A stretch of DNA of 64,000 nt from Octopus vulgaris (lineage: Eukaryota). Below, piece by piece: positions 26,501 to 39,599 of the stretch (within the stretch, counting starts at the first letter, position 1; each line of letters begins with the position of its first letter). Under the pieces are notes generated by a model, which saw only the letters and a list, made by a program, of their open reading frames with translations, made no database searches and was not told the origin of the DNA. The stretch is from positions 131,998,001-132,062,000 of the forward strand of contig OX597817.1 in assembly GCA_951406725.2 (NCBI GenBank). Direction: 5' to 3'. The translations under genes were made by a program, and so were the position numbers.

Positions 26501-27827
26501 TATATCCATGTATATATTATACTCAAAGTACGCAACTGTTGATATTTGCCCTCCATTAGACTGTTTACTGAACCAAAGTGACATTTACTGCTCATACAGA
26601 CTGGAACACCCGTATATACGAGTCACATTCTATGAAATATTTTAACATGTAATTCATCGCGACGCCGGGAATCTCGAACTCGCGCCATTTCGATCCTGAA
26701 CCAAATAACCTAACCACTTAGCCACGCGTTTTCACCGTGATAAGCAGTACATGCAGCTTATAGATATAGCGTGTCCGTAATCTGCAAACGCTTACATATA
26801 AACGCGTATGTTAATATATAATAACTGTACTATGTTAGTAGAGTCTGAATAACGTTGGACAAAGGAATTGGTCATAAATTAAATATCATATTTAAATTAA
26901 AGGAAAATTGATTTTCTATAATCAATATTGTTCTTCAGATCGGAAATACTCTTTCAGCTGCCCTGGAAATATGAAACCTCATTAAAAAGGTAGCAAAATA
27001 CTCACACACACACACATACACAGAGATACGCATGCGCACACAGGTATTCGCACAGAAATAACTATGTGAATATCACATTAAAACTATGGTCTTCTTTGAT
27101 AATTGATTAATATTAACTATTTTAGACCTGTTCCATCAATTTATTCACTTCAGGTGACTTGTATGAAGTCTTAAGTGTCCATTTGAACTTCCTACGCATT
27201 TCACTATTAAGACTGGTTCACGCACACACATACAAATATAAAACACATACATAAATGCATACAAACATACATACATACATACTAGATACACATATACACA
27301 CACAAATATATACAGATCTATAGATAGCTATTACGCAATTTACCACACATAATCGTTTATATGTAATGTGATTCGAAAAGGGGTGCTATTGAAACGATTG
27401 TAACGCGTGCTAAACTTGCACTTCACTGGAACTTCGTTTTTTCTGCTGTATGTAATTCAGTACATTCCCCCATCCAACCATCTATCCCTCCATATATATT
27501 TATAACGCTAATTTCGAACAGTGAGAATGAGCATTCAGCACCGCATTGGTTCTTTTTTATTTCTGGGTTGACAAGGTTGCCAATAGTTTCTTGCGGAGAG
27601 AGAAATCCTCCCAACAATTATCAAGCTTGCCACATGGGTAAGTTGGTACTCGTCTATGTTCCCGTGTGATAGTCTTCATAACTACTGTGTGATTTCTCTC
27701 GGCATGAAACCAATGGCAGTCCTCTTAACCAACAAATAAAGTGTGTGTGTGTATATATATACACACCCACCCACACATACACATACATACACACACATAC
27801 ACTCACACACACACACACACAACACAT

Positions 27828-27886
<59 letters not shown>

Positions 27887-27959
27887 TACATATGCCTATA
27901 TGCGCGACCATGTGAGCCTTTATGCACATATATGTTAATTCACCGAACCGAAAAATAGC

Positions 27960-28704
27960 GGTCAATATAAAGATCCTCATCCGGGAACAGAAAAAAAATT
28001 AACCAACCTGGTGGTGGGTTAATAAGTGTGTAGAGAACGAATATGAAAAAGACAAATACGCGCTGACGACTCTAGGGGTGGAGAGGAGGCTTTTGGAATA
28101 TTCACAAGATCCGATTATTCCGTCATGAATTGGAGAAAATGGATATATATATTGAATTTTTTACGGAATCCCACGTTTTTAGTTGAGGAGGATCCGATTC
28201 TGAAAAAAAATTTTCAAAAATCGCATTTTCAAAATTTCATTGTGGATAGCCTGCTTGAATGCCTAAGGTTTACATATTCTCACTTTTATTTTTCTTGTTG
28301 AAAACTGAAATTTTACAAACAAATCTTTTTCAGAATCGAAATCTTCACACTTTTCTACGTATTTCGCAGAAAAATGAAATGAAGAGAGGTGGGGGTTGAA
28401 ATTTTGAAAATGCGATTTTTTAAATTTTTTTTCAGAATCGGATCCTCCAGAACCAAAAATGTGGGATTTCGTAAAAAAAAAAAACAACAAAAAAACATCT
28501 ATATATATCCATTTTCCCGAAATTTATGACGGAAAAATTCGGACCTTGTGAATTTTCCGAAAGTCTCTTCCCCACCCCGCCAGACTCGTCAGCGCGCATT
28601 CCTTTCTTTTTACATATTCGTTTTCCACACACTTGTTAACATCCCCCAGACTGGTTATTTATTATTTTTCTTTTTGTTCCCGGGTGAAAGTCTTTATATT
28701 AACT
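27960..28704. mobile_element. Non-autonomous DNA transposon (MITE) with ~280-bp TIRs and 8-bp TSD; Merlin- or MULE-like
   Basis: GGTCAATATAAAGA...TCTTTATATTAACT termini, arms ~27960-28239 and ~28397-28704, TSD AAAATAGC at 27952-27959 and 28705-28712. Confidence 0.85.
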
Positions 28705-29304
28705 AAAATAGCTGGTGACGTTAGATTACACAGAAGATGTTTTGTCTATAATGCAGACGTGACTGGAAACTGCAACCCAGGAAACTATAGCGAATCTCTT
28801 ACACCTGTGGAATCATCAACAAATTTCCAATGGAATGCTGCTCTGTAAAAAGGCATAATACAGCAGAGCGTGCGACATCTGGTGGCATTTTGTGCGCCTA
28901 GGCTCTTTTAGGGTCCGCATTTATTTTAGAACTTATCTGACCCCTATAAGAAATGCTATGATGACTGTGTTACCGATGATTAATTTTTGGACATGGAATT
29001 CAGCTGGAAGCGGTTAAACTTGGCGCAGTCATTACACTATCAGGCTACGATCTTTGATCTATGATTCTGAATTTAAATTACATCGACGTGAACTTTATCT
29101 TTCATCCTTATCCAGATAAGGAAATACCAAATCAGTACTGCCATCTACTCTACTCATTTCTCCCTCTTGCTTACGCTCTCTCTCTGTCATTATTTCTTCC
29201 CCCTCTCTCTCTCTCTCCGTCGTTCTCGCTCTTTCCGTCTTTCTGTCTCTCTCTGTTTCTCTCTCTGTCTCTCTTTATCTCGCTCTGTGTCTCTGAAAGA
29301 AATT

Positions 29305-29555
29305 AGGTGTGCTAACGTTTCGTATTTCTTTATTGTCCACAAGAGGCTAAACATAGAGGGGACAGAAAAGGAAAGACAAAGGGATTAGATCGATTACATC
29401 GACCCCAGTGGGAAACTGGTACTTACTTTATCGACCCCGAAAGGATGAAAGGCAAAGTCGACCTCGGCGGAATTTGAACTCAGAACGTAAAGACAGACGA
29501 AATACCGCCTAAGCATTTTGCCCGGCGTGCTAACGTTTCTGCCAGCTAGTCGCCT
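29305..29555 (-). mobile_element. SINE family A
   Basis: TCGACCCCGAAAGGATGAAAGGCAAAGTCGACCTCGGCGGAATTTGAACTC core. Confidence 0.85.
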
Positions 29556-30752
29556 TGGGTGTTGATTATATTAACATCTCCAGCCCCACAGAACCAATGG
29601 TATTTATCTTAAGGTTCTCGAAATGTTGAAAAGCAAGGGCAGTCTCGATGTAATTTCAACTCGTAACGAAAGTGGTCGGAAGAAATGCTGCTAACGATTC
29701 TGCTACAGCGCCTACCGTAAAAAATCATTCGCTGATGTTGCTGTTGTCGTTCAACCTGAAATCAATACATATTGAATTCGCCTGTAATCGAAGCCGTTCC
29801 TGATGTGCTGTTATCAATAGTGTGTTATATTCAGACACCAGTCTTCGTGTAATACGTTTTTCGTTTTACTATTTTTTTTTAAAGGTAAGATTCAAGTGAA
29901 ATTTTCACTGCTGTTTCTCGCCGTCCAAGTCCCAACACAAAAACATCCGTCGTTCGCAATGGCGCAAGTGGCAATGATGGCAATACATACATACATACAT
30001 ACATACATGCATACAGACATGCATATATGCATACATGCATGCATGCATATATACATACATACATGCATAAATAATGCATACATACATACATGCCTTCATG
30101 CATAAACGCATACATCATGCATACATACATGCATACATACATACATACATACATACATGCATACATATGTGCATGCATGCATAACAGTTCTGATATTGTT
30201 CTGTTATGCATGAAACAAAAGCTATGCGCTGTTTCAGATGTCAACTGCCCGGTGCACATGAATTTACAATCAGAAATTGTGGAAAAATAGAATATTTATG
30301 GCGGATTAATGTGGAACTTACAAATCTTGAACCTATAAATTCTCATTTGTACCTACCATCACAAGTGTATTAAGCAATGTACCAACAAATTTACACAATG
30401 GCCTGAAATACTAGGTTTTACAAAGTTTTTGCGGGTGCTTCAAATTCAACGATTTTCTTTCTGAGTTTCTTTATGTGAGTAGATTCACACACTTGGCTTT
30501 CTGCATCGACAACTTAGCCAACGCACCAACTCAACCACACGGGTACAAACACAGGGTTCTGCTTAATAAAAAAAAAAAACGATTGCTGTTTAGTTAGCGA
30601 CCGACTGGAGATGGCTAAACAAGAACTTAAACAAAACCGACAACAAAATTATACATATATACATACATATGTGTGTGTGTGTGTGTATCTTTACCCAATG
30701 TAAATCAATGTGTATGTATACACGCACACAGACATATATATATATATATATT

Positions 30753-30847
30753 TATATAAGAAAAAGAAAAACGGAAAATACGCACACTTACATGGTTATA
30801 ATAACCATGTAAGTGTGCGTATTTTCCGTTTTTATTTTTCTTATATA
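30753..30847. repeat. Near-perfect 95-bp palindrome
   Basis: ...AAAAACGGAAAATACGCACACTTACATGGTTAT-A-ATAACCATGTAAGTGTGCGTATTTTCCGTTTTT... Confidence 0.9.
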
Positions 30848-30912
30848 CATTACAATCCACCACGTGGGGACAACCGAAATTCCTCTTTTCTGTTACTACT
30901 ACTATATATATT

Positions 30913-30953
<41 letters not shown>

Positions 30954-31203
30954 AATTAATGACAGATGCTTTATTAACTACTAACTATATCGAAACTACA
31001 GTGGAGAAAGCTAGCCACAGGATTTGGTTAAAAAGAGACGATGAGCGATGGCTAGAAGAATATTGAGCTTTATTTGATAACCAGCTGATCTAGCAAGCGG
31101 GGCCTAATATCAGTGAGTGGGGTCGGTGCGTATTGATGCCGTTGAGAAGTAGGCCCCGAAACGGTGCACATTCTCTCCTGATGACTCCATACACTTGCTG
31201 GCT

Positions 31204-31394
31204 TCCGGTAACCAATTTATCGATTAGCCGGTTTTCACTAGTTTTTCAAACTCATATGTTAAACACTTTGTCAAAACAGCTAATTGTTTTTTTTTTTGTC
31301 AAATAGTTATTTCATCGCATTGTTGCAGAAAGCGTTTTACATACGAGTTTGAAAAATTAGTAAAAAACGACTGATCGACAAATTGGTTAGCGGA
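31204..31394. repeat. Diverged fold-back element
   Basis: TCCGGTAACCAATTTATCGAT...TTTTTCAAACTC pairs with GAGTTTGAAAAA...ATCGACAAATTGGTTAGCGGA. Confidence 0.75.
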
Positions 31395-31554
31395 GTAACT
31401 AACATATTAACTAGCAAAAACAATAGAGGACCGAACGAGAGCGTGTGTTTATTATTTACCGGCATAATGCTCCTCCCAATGTTCAATCGAATTCATATCA
31501 AGAATCTTGCAAACCAAATATAAAAACGAACTATATATATATATATGTGTGTGT

Positions 31555-31630
<76 letters not shown>

Positions 31631-31669
31631 AGATATATATATATCCAGTTTCATCCTGTCTCCACCTCA

Positions 31670-31824
31670 TTACACTTCGAACTTTTCTTAGACTAAACCT
31701 TTTTTATTGTCTCACCCTGTTTATTTCTGTGTTCCTTTCTATCGAAGAGCGTAGGCTCGAAACGTAAAAGACATTTGTTTGATGTTTACACACCCATCTT
31801 CTGTTTTTCTTTTGTAAATTTTTA

Positions 31825-31830
<6 letters not shown>
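31670..31830 (+). mobile_element. Microsatellite-embedded short element family F with hammerhead-like motif (31735-31770); related copies ~11000-11110 (-) and ~54255-54430 (-)
   Basis: CTTT-CTATCGA-A-GAGC-GTAG-GCTC-GAAA-CGTA-AAAG; shared downstream TGTTTA.ACACC segment. Confidence 0.6.
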
Positions 31831-31902
<72 letters not shown>

Positions 31903-32607
31903 GTGCGTATATATATGCATATATCTATGTGCGTATATATATATATAGTAGTTGCTAAAGCATCTGTCATTAATTACATAAGTGTGTGCGTGTAGACGCA
32001 CATTGATTAATGTTGGCTAAAGATGCGTACAAACACACATAAACATACATCTGTGTGCATGTATGATGGGTCTTCACAAATTTCCATTCTTCGAGTTCCT
32101 TTCCCCAGATATTGGTCACAAATACTTTCCTTAGTTGTAGCGCTGTGAGATCGAACCAGACGTCACGTGGTTGTGACAATGTTTTGAACTGTGCATCGAT
32201 TCTTGCAACACGTTTACATAAAGAAAATCTCTTATACCATTATTATTGTATATGTATTTATTTTTTCTCTAAATGATAATCTTTCGAATTAAGTGGTTAT
32301 TATTAAGAAACCATTATAATGCTCGGAGAAAGAGTTTAACGTTATAAAAGTTTGTAATACTTCATTACTTGACGTCAGCAATCATCTCGTTGTTGATAAG
32401 AGAAAATTGTCAATTACGAATTTCGTTTTAGAAATATTTATTATGATTACAAGTGATATTTCAAACAAAGTGATTTTAGATTGGAATATTTTGAAATTTA
32501 CATGGAAACAAACCAGAAAAAAACTGCACAAGAATATATGATGAAATTTTCAGGTTTACCACTTAGATGATAAAACTCTGTCAGATGGTTTGGTATTTAA
32601 CTCGTTT

Positions 32608-32678
<71 letters not shown>

Positions 32679-32741
32679 TACACATACTAACATATACATA
32701 TATATATATATATACATATATATGATGTTATATATATATAT

Positions 32742-33135
32742 GGGTAAGAAGCTTACTTCCCAAACACATGGTTCCGGGTTCAATACCACTGTGTGTCATC
32801 TTGCATAAGTGTCTTCTACTGTAAGCTGAGTCCGACCGAAGCCTTGGGGATGGGTTTCCTAAACGTAAACTGAAAAAAGCCCGTCGTATATATATATATA
32901 TATACATATACACACATTCACACACACACGTGTGTATATTTGTCTTTGTGTTTGTCCCCCCACCATCACTTGCCAACCGATGTTGGTGTGTTTACGTACC
33001 CGTAACTTAACGATTCAGCAAAAGAAAGCGATAAAATAAGTATTAGGTTTAAAAAGAATAAGTCCTGGGGTCGGTTTGTTCGATTAAAGGCGGTGTTCCA
33101 GCATGGCTGGAGTCACATGAGTGAAACAATTAAAA
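32742..33135 (+). mobile_element. SINE family B
   Basis: GGTAAGAAGCTT...GGTTCCGGGTTCAA head through GGCGGTGTTCCAGCATGGC tail. Confidence 0.8.
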
Positions 33136-33440
33136 ACGTATGCAACTGGTACTTAATTTATCGACCCCGAAAGGATGAAAAGCAAAGTATTTGAACTCAG
33201 AACGTAGCGGCAGATGAAATACCTATTTCTTTACTACCATCAAGGAGCTAAACACAGAGAGGACAAACAAGGACAGACAAACGGATTAAGTCGAATATAT
33301 CGACTCCAGTGCGTAACTGCTACTTATTTAATCGACCTCGAAAGAATGAAAGGCAAAGCCGACCTCGACGGAATTTAAACTCAGAACGTAGTGGCAGACG
33401 AAATACCTATTTCTTTACCACCCACAAGGGGCTAAACACT
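33136..33440 (-). mobile_element. SINE family A tandem headless units
   Basis: Repeated GAAATACCTATTTCTTTAC junction at ~33217 and ~33400. Confidence 0.8.
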
Positions 33441-33749
33441 TTCTTCATAATTCCAGTGGCGACAGGGAGAGCGATGAAGGGGACTGCAGAAGATACTACA
33501 AGATGGTTTCTGCTTTCTCCATGTAAACAGACGGCCAAAGGGCGCTGTTCGTTTTCCCGTATTCCTTCATTGTGCAGCTCTGCTTTGTTGAAACCTAATT
33601 AATCGAAACAGTGAGAAAGGCCACCACTATCACTGATATAATTACGTTTGCAATTTCTTTCTTATCCTCCCGCTCTCTCTTTTCGAACCTCCTCCTCAAT
33701 CTCTCCTTGTATCACTCATTAATTTTTTGTTTCATCAATTTCTTTCCAG

Positions 33750-33869
33750 GTGCTCAATGTAATCAAGAAATTGTAGAAAACATACGTTGGTCCCGTACTC
33801 CTGCCGACAATAACGTGAGTGTAACTTGCCCAGGCCAAGAAGATTTGGAAGGAACAAATGCAACTGTTG
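33750..33869 (+). CDS. Internal exon (120 nt, phase 1/1): N-terminal half of a hormone-receptor (HRM) domain, probable adhesion/class-B GPCR
   Basis: Pyrimidine tract TTCTTTCCAG acceptor, G|GTATGT donor. Peptide AQCNQEIVENIRWSRTPADNNVSVTCPGQEDLEGTNATV fits C-x2-E-x6-W-x2-T-x8-CP. Confidence 0.85.
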
Positions 33870-34229
33870 GTATGTATCCTTTACCTTTTATTTTTACTTG
33901 CTTCAATCATCAGACTGCAGCCATGTTGGGGCACCGCAACGAAAGACTGGAAAATCAGGGCCGAAAATTTTCACTGAGGTTCTTGAAGATTGAATATCCC
34001 AACAGGTCTTTTGTGAGATTTTTATGTATGGTGTACGAAGTACTCAATATTCTAAAGTAGGGCTAAATGGTTTAGGCGCAAATAGATACAAGGCTACACA
34101 CGTAAAAAGGGAAGATATACAAGTAAGAAAGTGCCTTCATTAGAAGAGTGATAACTCGAGTGAAGTTCGCTCTTATGTGTACAAATGTATCTATGTTCAT
34201 TTTGAAATAATGTCTTAGTATTTTTTCAT

Positions 34230-34780
34230 TATTCTTTTCAACTCTAGGCACAAGGCTCGAAATTTGGTGGTAGGGAGCCAGTCGGTTAGATCGATCCAAG
34301 TAAGCAACTGGTACTTAATTTATCGATCCCGGAGAAAGGTAAAGTCGACCTCAACGGAATTTGAACTCAGAACTTAGCAACAGGCGAAATACCGCTAAGC
34401 ATTTCGCCGGGTGTGCTAAGGTTTCTTTTCTAATCTAGGCACAATTCCGAAATTTTGAGGTAAGGGACAAGTCGGTTAGATCGACCCCAGTGCGTAACTG
34501 GTACTTATTTAATCGACCCCGAAAGGATGAAAGGCAAAGTGGACCTCGGCGGAATTTGAACTCAGAACGTAGCGGCAGACGAAATACCGCTAAGCATTTC
34601 GTTCGGCGTGGTAACGTTTCTGCCAGCACGCCGACTTAGTATCTGCTTGTTATTATTTTCTACTCTAGGCACAAGGCCGGACATTTTGGAGGGTGGGAGC
34701 CAGTCAATTAAATTGAGTCCAGTGCACACCTGGTACTTAATTTATCGACCCCGAAAGGATGAAATGCAGAGTCGACCTCC
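34230..34780 (-). mobile_element. Three SINE family A copies in tandem
   Basis: Three CTAGGCACAA tail motifs (34243, 34435, 34665), each with a core. Confidence 0.85.
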
Positions 34781-35148
34781 ATGGATGGGGTACATGTTTA
34801 TTAAAAGAAACATATTTGATTTGGCAACAGAGATTTGCATAAGCAGATGCACCTCTTGTCAGTATTTAAAGGAAGAGGACTTTACCAATACACGCGCAAT
34901 TACACACATTATTTTTGACTTGTTGCAGTCATTAGACTGTGGCCATGATGGGGCACTGTCTTGAAGAATTGTAGTCGAACGAATCAACTTCATTACTTAC
35001 TTTTTTGAATCCTCGTACTAACTTTATTGATACCTTTGTCAAGCGGTAGCGGGGGACAAACATACGCATAAAGACTCACACAAACACGCACACACGCATA
35101 TATATAGACATGAGCATACATACATATATACATACACACGTACTCACG

Positions 35149-35214
<66 letters not shown>

Positions 35215-35215
<1 letters not shown>

Positions 35216-35851
35216 GTAAATATAAGAGAGCCAACTTTGAATATGTTAACTCTAGTGCTAGAAATAGCTCCATCGGTAGTCGCCGGTTTATTGTGCTAGG
35301 TCGCTCGGTGTTAAAATAAGGGTATTATTGAATTAATATCTATAATTTTATTCACCCTCATTATTGAATTTATTAATTTGATACGCTGCAGTAAATATTA
35401 CATGCGGTATTCACTTCCACTTAGCATTTATTTTCGGCGGGGAATTCGTAACTACAACCCTGAATGTAATAGACCAGACCACATGGTTAATCGTCGCCTG
35501 TATGGTCTGATTAATTATATTGACAAATGTTGCTGACGAATCATAGACAATTATGTAAGTATAATCTGCATATTTTGTTAATGAGGAAACAATTGTACAA
35601 CATTAATCCATTATTTAGTTGTATTTCAATTTCATTGCGTTGATTGTAGTGCTATTTCTATGTGGAATTATCGTTGGCGACTACCGGTGGAGCTATTTCT
35701 AGCACTAGAGTTAACATATTCAAAGTTGGCTCTCTTATATTTACGGATAAATATGAATTTGTATCCCCGGTTTATTGTGGTAGGTCGCTCGGTGTTAAAA
35801 TAAGAGTATTATTGAATTAATATCTATAATTTTATTCACCCTCATTATTGA

Positions 35852-35857
<6 letters not shown>
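35215..35857 (+). mobile_element. Penelope pLTR/retrozyme-like element: 484-bp unit, ~91-bp terminal direct repeat, 70-bp inverted 5' segment, inserted in (TA)n
   Basis: 35283-35373 is a direct repeat of 35767-35857; 35215-35284 is the reverse complement of 35676-35745; hammerhead at 35526-35604; no ORF. Confidence 0.8.
35526..35604 (+). ncRNA. Type I hammerhead ribozyme motif
   Basis: AATGTTG-CTGACGA-ATCAT...ATGAG-GAAA-CAATTG-TA-CAACATT. Perfect 7-bp stem I, extended stem II (A.G at the closing position), palindromic stem III ACAATTGT, GUA site ending at 35597. Confidence 0.8.
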
Positions 35858-35916
<59 letters not shown>

Positions 35917-35994
35917 AATATATACATCAGTACATACATAACTCTGTTTGTGTGTATATGTTTTTTTTATTTATGTGTGTGTATACGATGGAAT

Positions 35995-36630
35995 ACTTTC
36001 TGTTTCCGTCTACCAAATCCACTTACAAAATCGGTGCGTGGCTGTAGTAGAAGACACTTCCGAAGGTGTCACGCAGTGGGACTGAACCCGGCACCATGTT
36101 GTTGAGAAGTAAATTTCCTCCACTCCTGCGCCTATACACACAACTGGCTCACACTTATTTTGTACCATTATCTTTACCTTTTCTTTTATTATTTGGCTCA
36201 GTCATTGAACTACGGCCATCCTGGAGCACTAACTTGAAGTATTTGACTCGAACACATCGAACTCGTGTGTTTATATCATGTTTTTAAGCTTGGTACATTT
36301 TTCTGTCGGTGTCGTTTCCCCAACCGCAAATTTAATTAATAATTTTACCAAGTAGCTCGGTATTTTAGAATAACCTTTATAGGTACAATTATACACATAT
36401 TCTATAATTATAAACATAATTATAATTAGGGGGCAGCTAATTGCTTCACCACAATATATATATACACGACGAGCTTCTTTCAGTTTCTGTCAACCAAATC
36501 CACTCACAAGACATTGGCTGCCCCGAGGCTATAGTAGAAGTTACTTGCCCAAGGTGCCTCGCAGTGGGACTGAATCCGGAACCATGTTGTTGGGAAGCAA
36601 GCTCCTTACCACACAGCCACCCCTGCACCT
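35995..36630 (-). mobile_element. Fragments of SINE family B (two heads at ~36000-36133 and ~36465-36630, tail piece at ~36170-36325)
   Basis: CGCAGTGGGACTGAACCCGG and CTTACCACACAGCCAC on +, the reverse complement of the family B head. Confidence 0.75.
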
Positions 36631-37311
36631 GAATATATGCATTCATGTTTATATGTAAAGATGTTGAATGTTTATGCAAAAAATTCATCGTATTTCGATA
36701 CAGTATCGCATTTTCGAAACAAAAGTCCTGCCGCAGGTTTTATCCAATTTTTTTTCTAAATGGAAATCACCAGAACTGCATTTATTCATTGTAGATATAA
36801 ATTCAAAAGTTTTTGTTTGTAATGGAATTTTCCCAATGTATGAATAAGGCGTAGCATAACAGAACACTAGATTTACTTAAACTAAACCAGCATAACGTTA
36901 TATTCTGCAATCACGACAGGCAACATAGGCGCTTGAATAGATATTAAACACTCGCCATTTCTCTCTGTTTAATCCGTTCCATGACTGAGAGCAATAATAT
37001 ACGAGATCTCTTCTTCGACATTTATTCTACTTGCCTCCTCATAAATGGAGGAGATTTCGGATGCAGGCGAAATGTGTGCAGAAATAAATAATGGCCGTAT
37101 CAACGAAATTGAGAATAAAATAACAAACATGAATATAAATTATTTTTATGTTATCTTATTTATGTTTTTATTTTGTTTTTCCTTGATTCTTAAATAAAGA
37201 ATATATTCATGACTAGAAATAACTAACTATTCATGGAACAGAAAATCATATTTAAATTTATTTTCATGGCAAAATCTTACCGGAACGACTTGATGCCTGT
37301 ATGTCACTAAC

Positions 37312-37355
<44 letters not shown>

Positions 37356-37394
37356 AAATATATATATATGTGTGTGTGTGTGTATACTTATGTT

Positions 37395-37434
<40 letters not shown>

Positions 37435-37638
37435 TAAACATACGGCAATTGACTTAGGGTTTAATATTTAATCAAAACCAGATATCTTCATACTTCACAC
37501 TGGGCGGCCAAAAAGAAAATAATCGATAAAATGGAAAGATTTCGAGTATAATGAATAAATATTTCTAACTTGTTTATTCAATACATAAAAGCTACCATGT
37601 TTCCTAATATACACGCGCACGCATATACGCACATACAA

Positions 37639-37711
<73 letters not shown>

Positions 37712-37763
37712 ATTTACTTATTACTTATAATATTACTATTATTATGTATATATATATATACAT

Positions 37764-37809
<46 letters not shown>

Positions 37810-38519
37810 GCATATATGTAACTATGTATTTTATGTATTATATATATATTATATATACCTAGGTGTATGCATGAATTCTGTGTGTATATATGTAGGCATA
37901 TTTGTGTGTGTCACTTGAGAATTGTGACAGACTTCGCGTTCATTCCACCATAATATCAGCTTTCAACCGGTTTTTCATCCATTAACATTGTGCTTAATGC
38001 TAGTAAAAGTTCCATTAAATGTGAAATTATATTCATTATTTTGCATATATCTAGTTTTCGTGGCCTAAACATTCACCATCTAAACTATAGACCATGATAC
38101 CTCCACAGATGATCATCAAAGACTCATGTGTTATTACAAGGCGTCATAAAATGTTGGAGCACACACCTTGGTTATGGGTCATCGTGTCCGGAAAATTCGT
38201 CGTGACGATAATGATATAGCGTATTACATTAACGTTTTTTTTTTAATATAATAAAAAGGGAAGAATGATGAAAAGCTTAATAAAAGAATTAATTATGCAA
38301 GTTTTTATTCAACACAAACATTAAAAAAAACGTGATGAGGTCATTTAAAATGAAATTTCTCCTGTGAATTTTCCTGTGGCAAAAATGTTTACTGCTAAAC
38401 TTTCGATAACTATGCGCTACACACTTTACTTCGTAAAAAAAAGCAAAAAGAAATAAGAAACGCTTGTTTAAATCCGAATTGCATCTAAAATATGTCCTAT
38501 AATGTGTCAATCTGTATAT

Positions 38520-39130
38520 CTTTTCTATTCTTCTCTAGGCACAAGGCCCGACATTTTGGGGCAGGGTGGGATAGTCAATTATATCGACTCCAATACACCA
38601 CGGGTACTTAATTTATCGACCCCGAAAGGATGAAAGGCAAAGTCGACCTCGGCGGAATTTGGACTAAGAACGTAACGGACCACGAAAAATACCCATTTCT
38701 TTACTACCCACAAGGGGCTAAACACAGAGGGGACAAAGAAGGGCAGACAAACGGATTAAGTCGATTACATCGAACCCAGTGCGTAACTGGTACTTATTTA
38801 ATAGACCCCGAACGGATGAAAGGCAAAATCGACTTCAGCGGAATTTGAACTCAGAACGTAGCGGCAGACGAAATACCTATTTCTTTACTACCCACAAGGG
38901 GCTAAACACAGAGAGGACAAACAAGGACAGATAAACGGATTAAGTCGAATATATCGATCCCAGTGTGTAACTGGTACTTATTTAATCGACCCCGAAAGGA
39001 TGAAAGGCAAAGTCGACCTCGGCGGAATTTGAACTCAGAATGTAGCGACAGACGAAATACTGCTGAGCATTTCGTCCGGCGTGCTAACGATTCTGCCAGC
39101 TCGCCGCCTTTCTGCCAGCTCGCCGCCTTA
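38520..39130 (-). mobile_element. SINE family A trimer
   Basis: One head (39128) plus two headless ~182-bp units with the same junction. Confidence 0.88.
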
Positions 39131-39363
39131 AAAATTATAAGTATCAACAGATGAGTAAATTATCACAGCCATCCTTCATGCATCGACATCTGTTTAACGT
39201 TTATACGTCTTAATACACGACCATTTCATTACTTCGATCCTTCATTTTGATGCCAGGAGGGAACTAATGCTTCTTTCTTCTTTTAACGAATAAATTTCTG
39301 CACGTGAAAGGATCTTTCTTATTTACCAGGGTTTAGCAATTCCTTCGATTTCACTGCAGAGAT

Positions 39364-39530
39364 TTCTTCTTCTTCTTCTTCTTCTTCTTCTTCTTCTTCT
39401 TCTTCTTCTTCTTCTTCTTCTTCTTCTTCTTCTTCTTCTTCTTCTTCTTCTTCTTCTTCTTCTTCTTCTTCTTCTTCTTCTTCTTCTTCTCCTCCTCCTT
39501 CTCCTGCTGCTGCTGCTGCTACTACTACTG

Positions 39531-39584
<54 letters not shown>

Positions 39585-39597
39585 ATTATTATTATTT
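39364..39597. repeat. Compound (TTC)n-(CTC)-(CTG)-(CTA)n-(TTA) trinucleotide microsatellite
   Basis: Direct inspection. Confidence 0.95.
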
Positions 39598-39599
39598 AT

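Noticed and set aside
31085-31166. GGGGCCTA/TAGGCCCC stem followed by GAAAC
   Set aside because: The upstream core is CTGATCTAGCAAGC rather than CUGANGA, and there is no UH site; at most a heavily decayed motif.
33611-34060. 149-aa ORF as a single-exon gene
   Set aside because: Only 33750-33869 is bounded by splice signals and domain-like; the flanks are intron and SINE sequence.
38520-39130. Regularly spaced repeats resembling a CRISPR array
   Set aside because: Units are ~182-bp SINE multimers without unique spacers; the context is eukaryotic and no cas genes are present.
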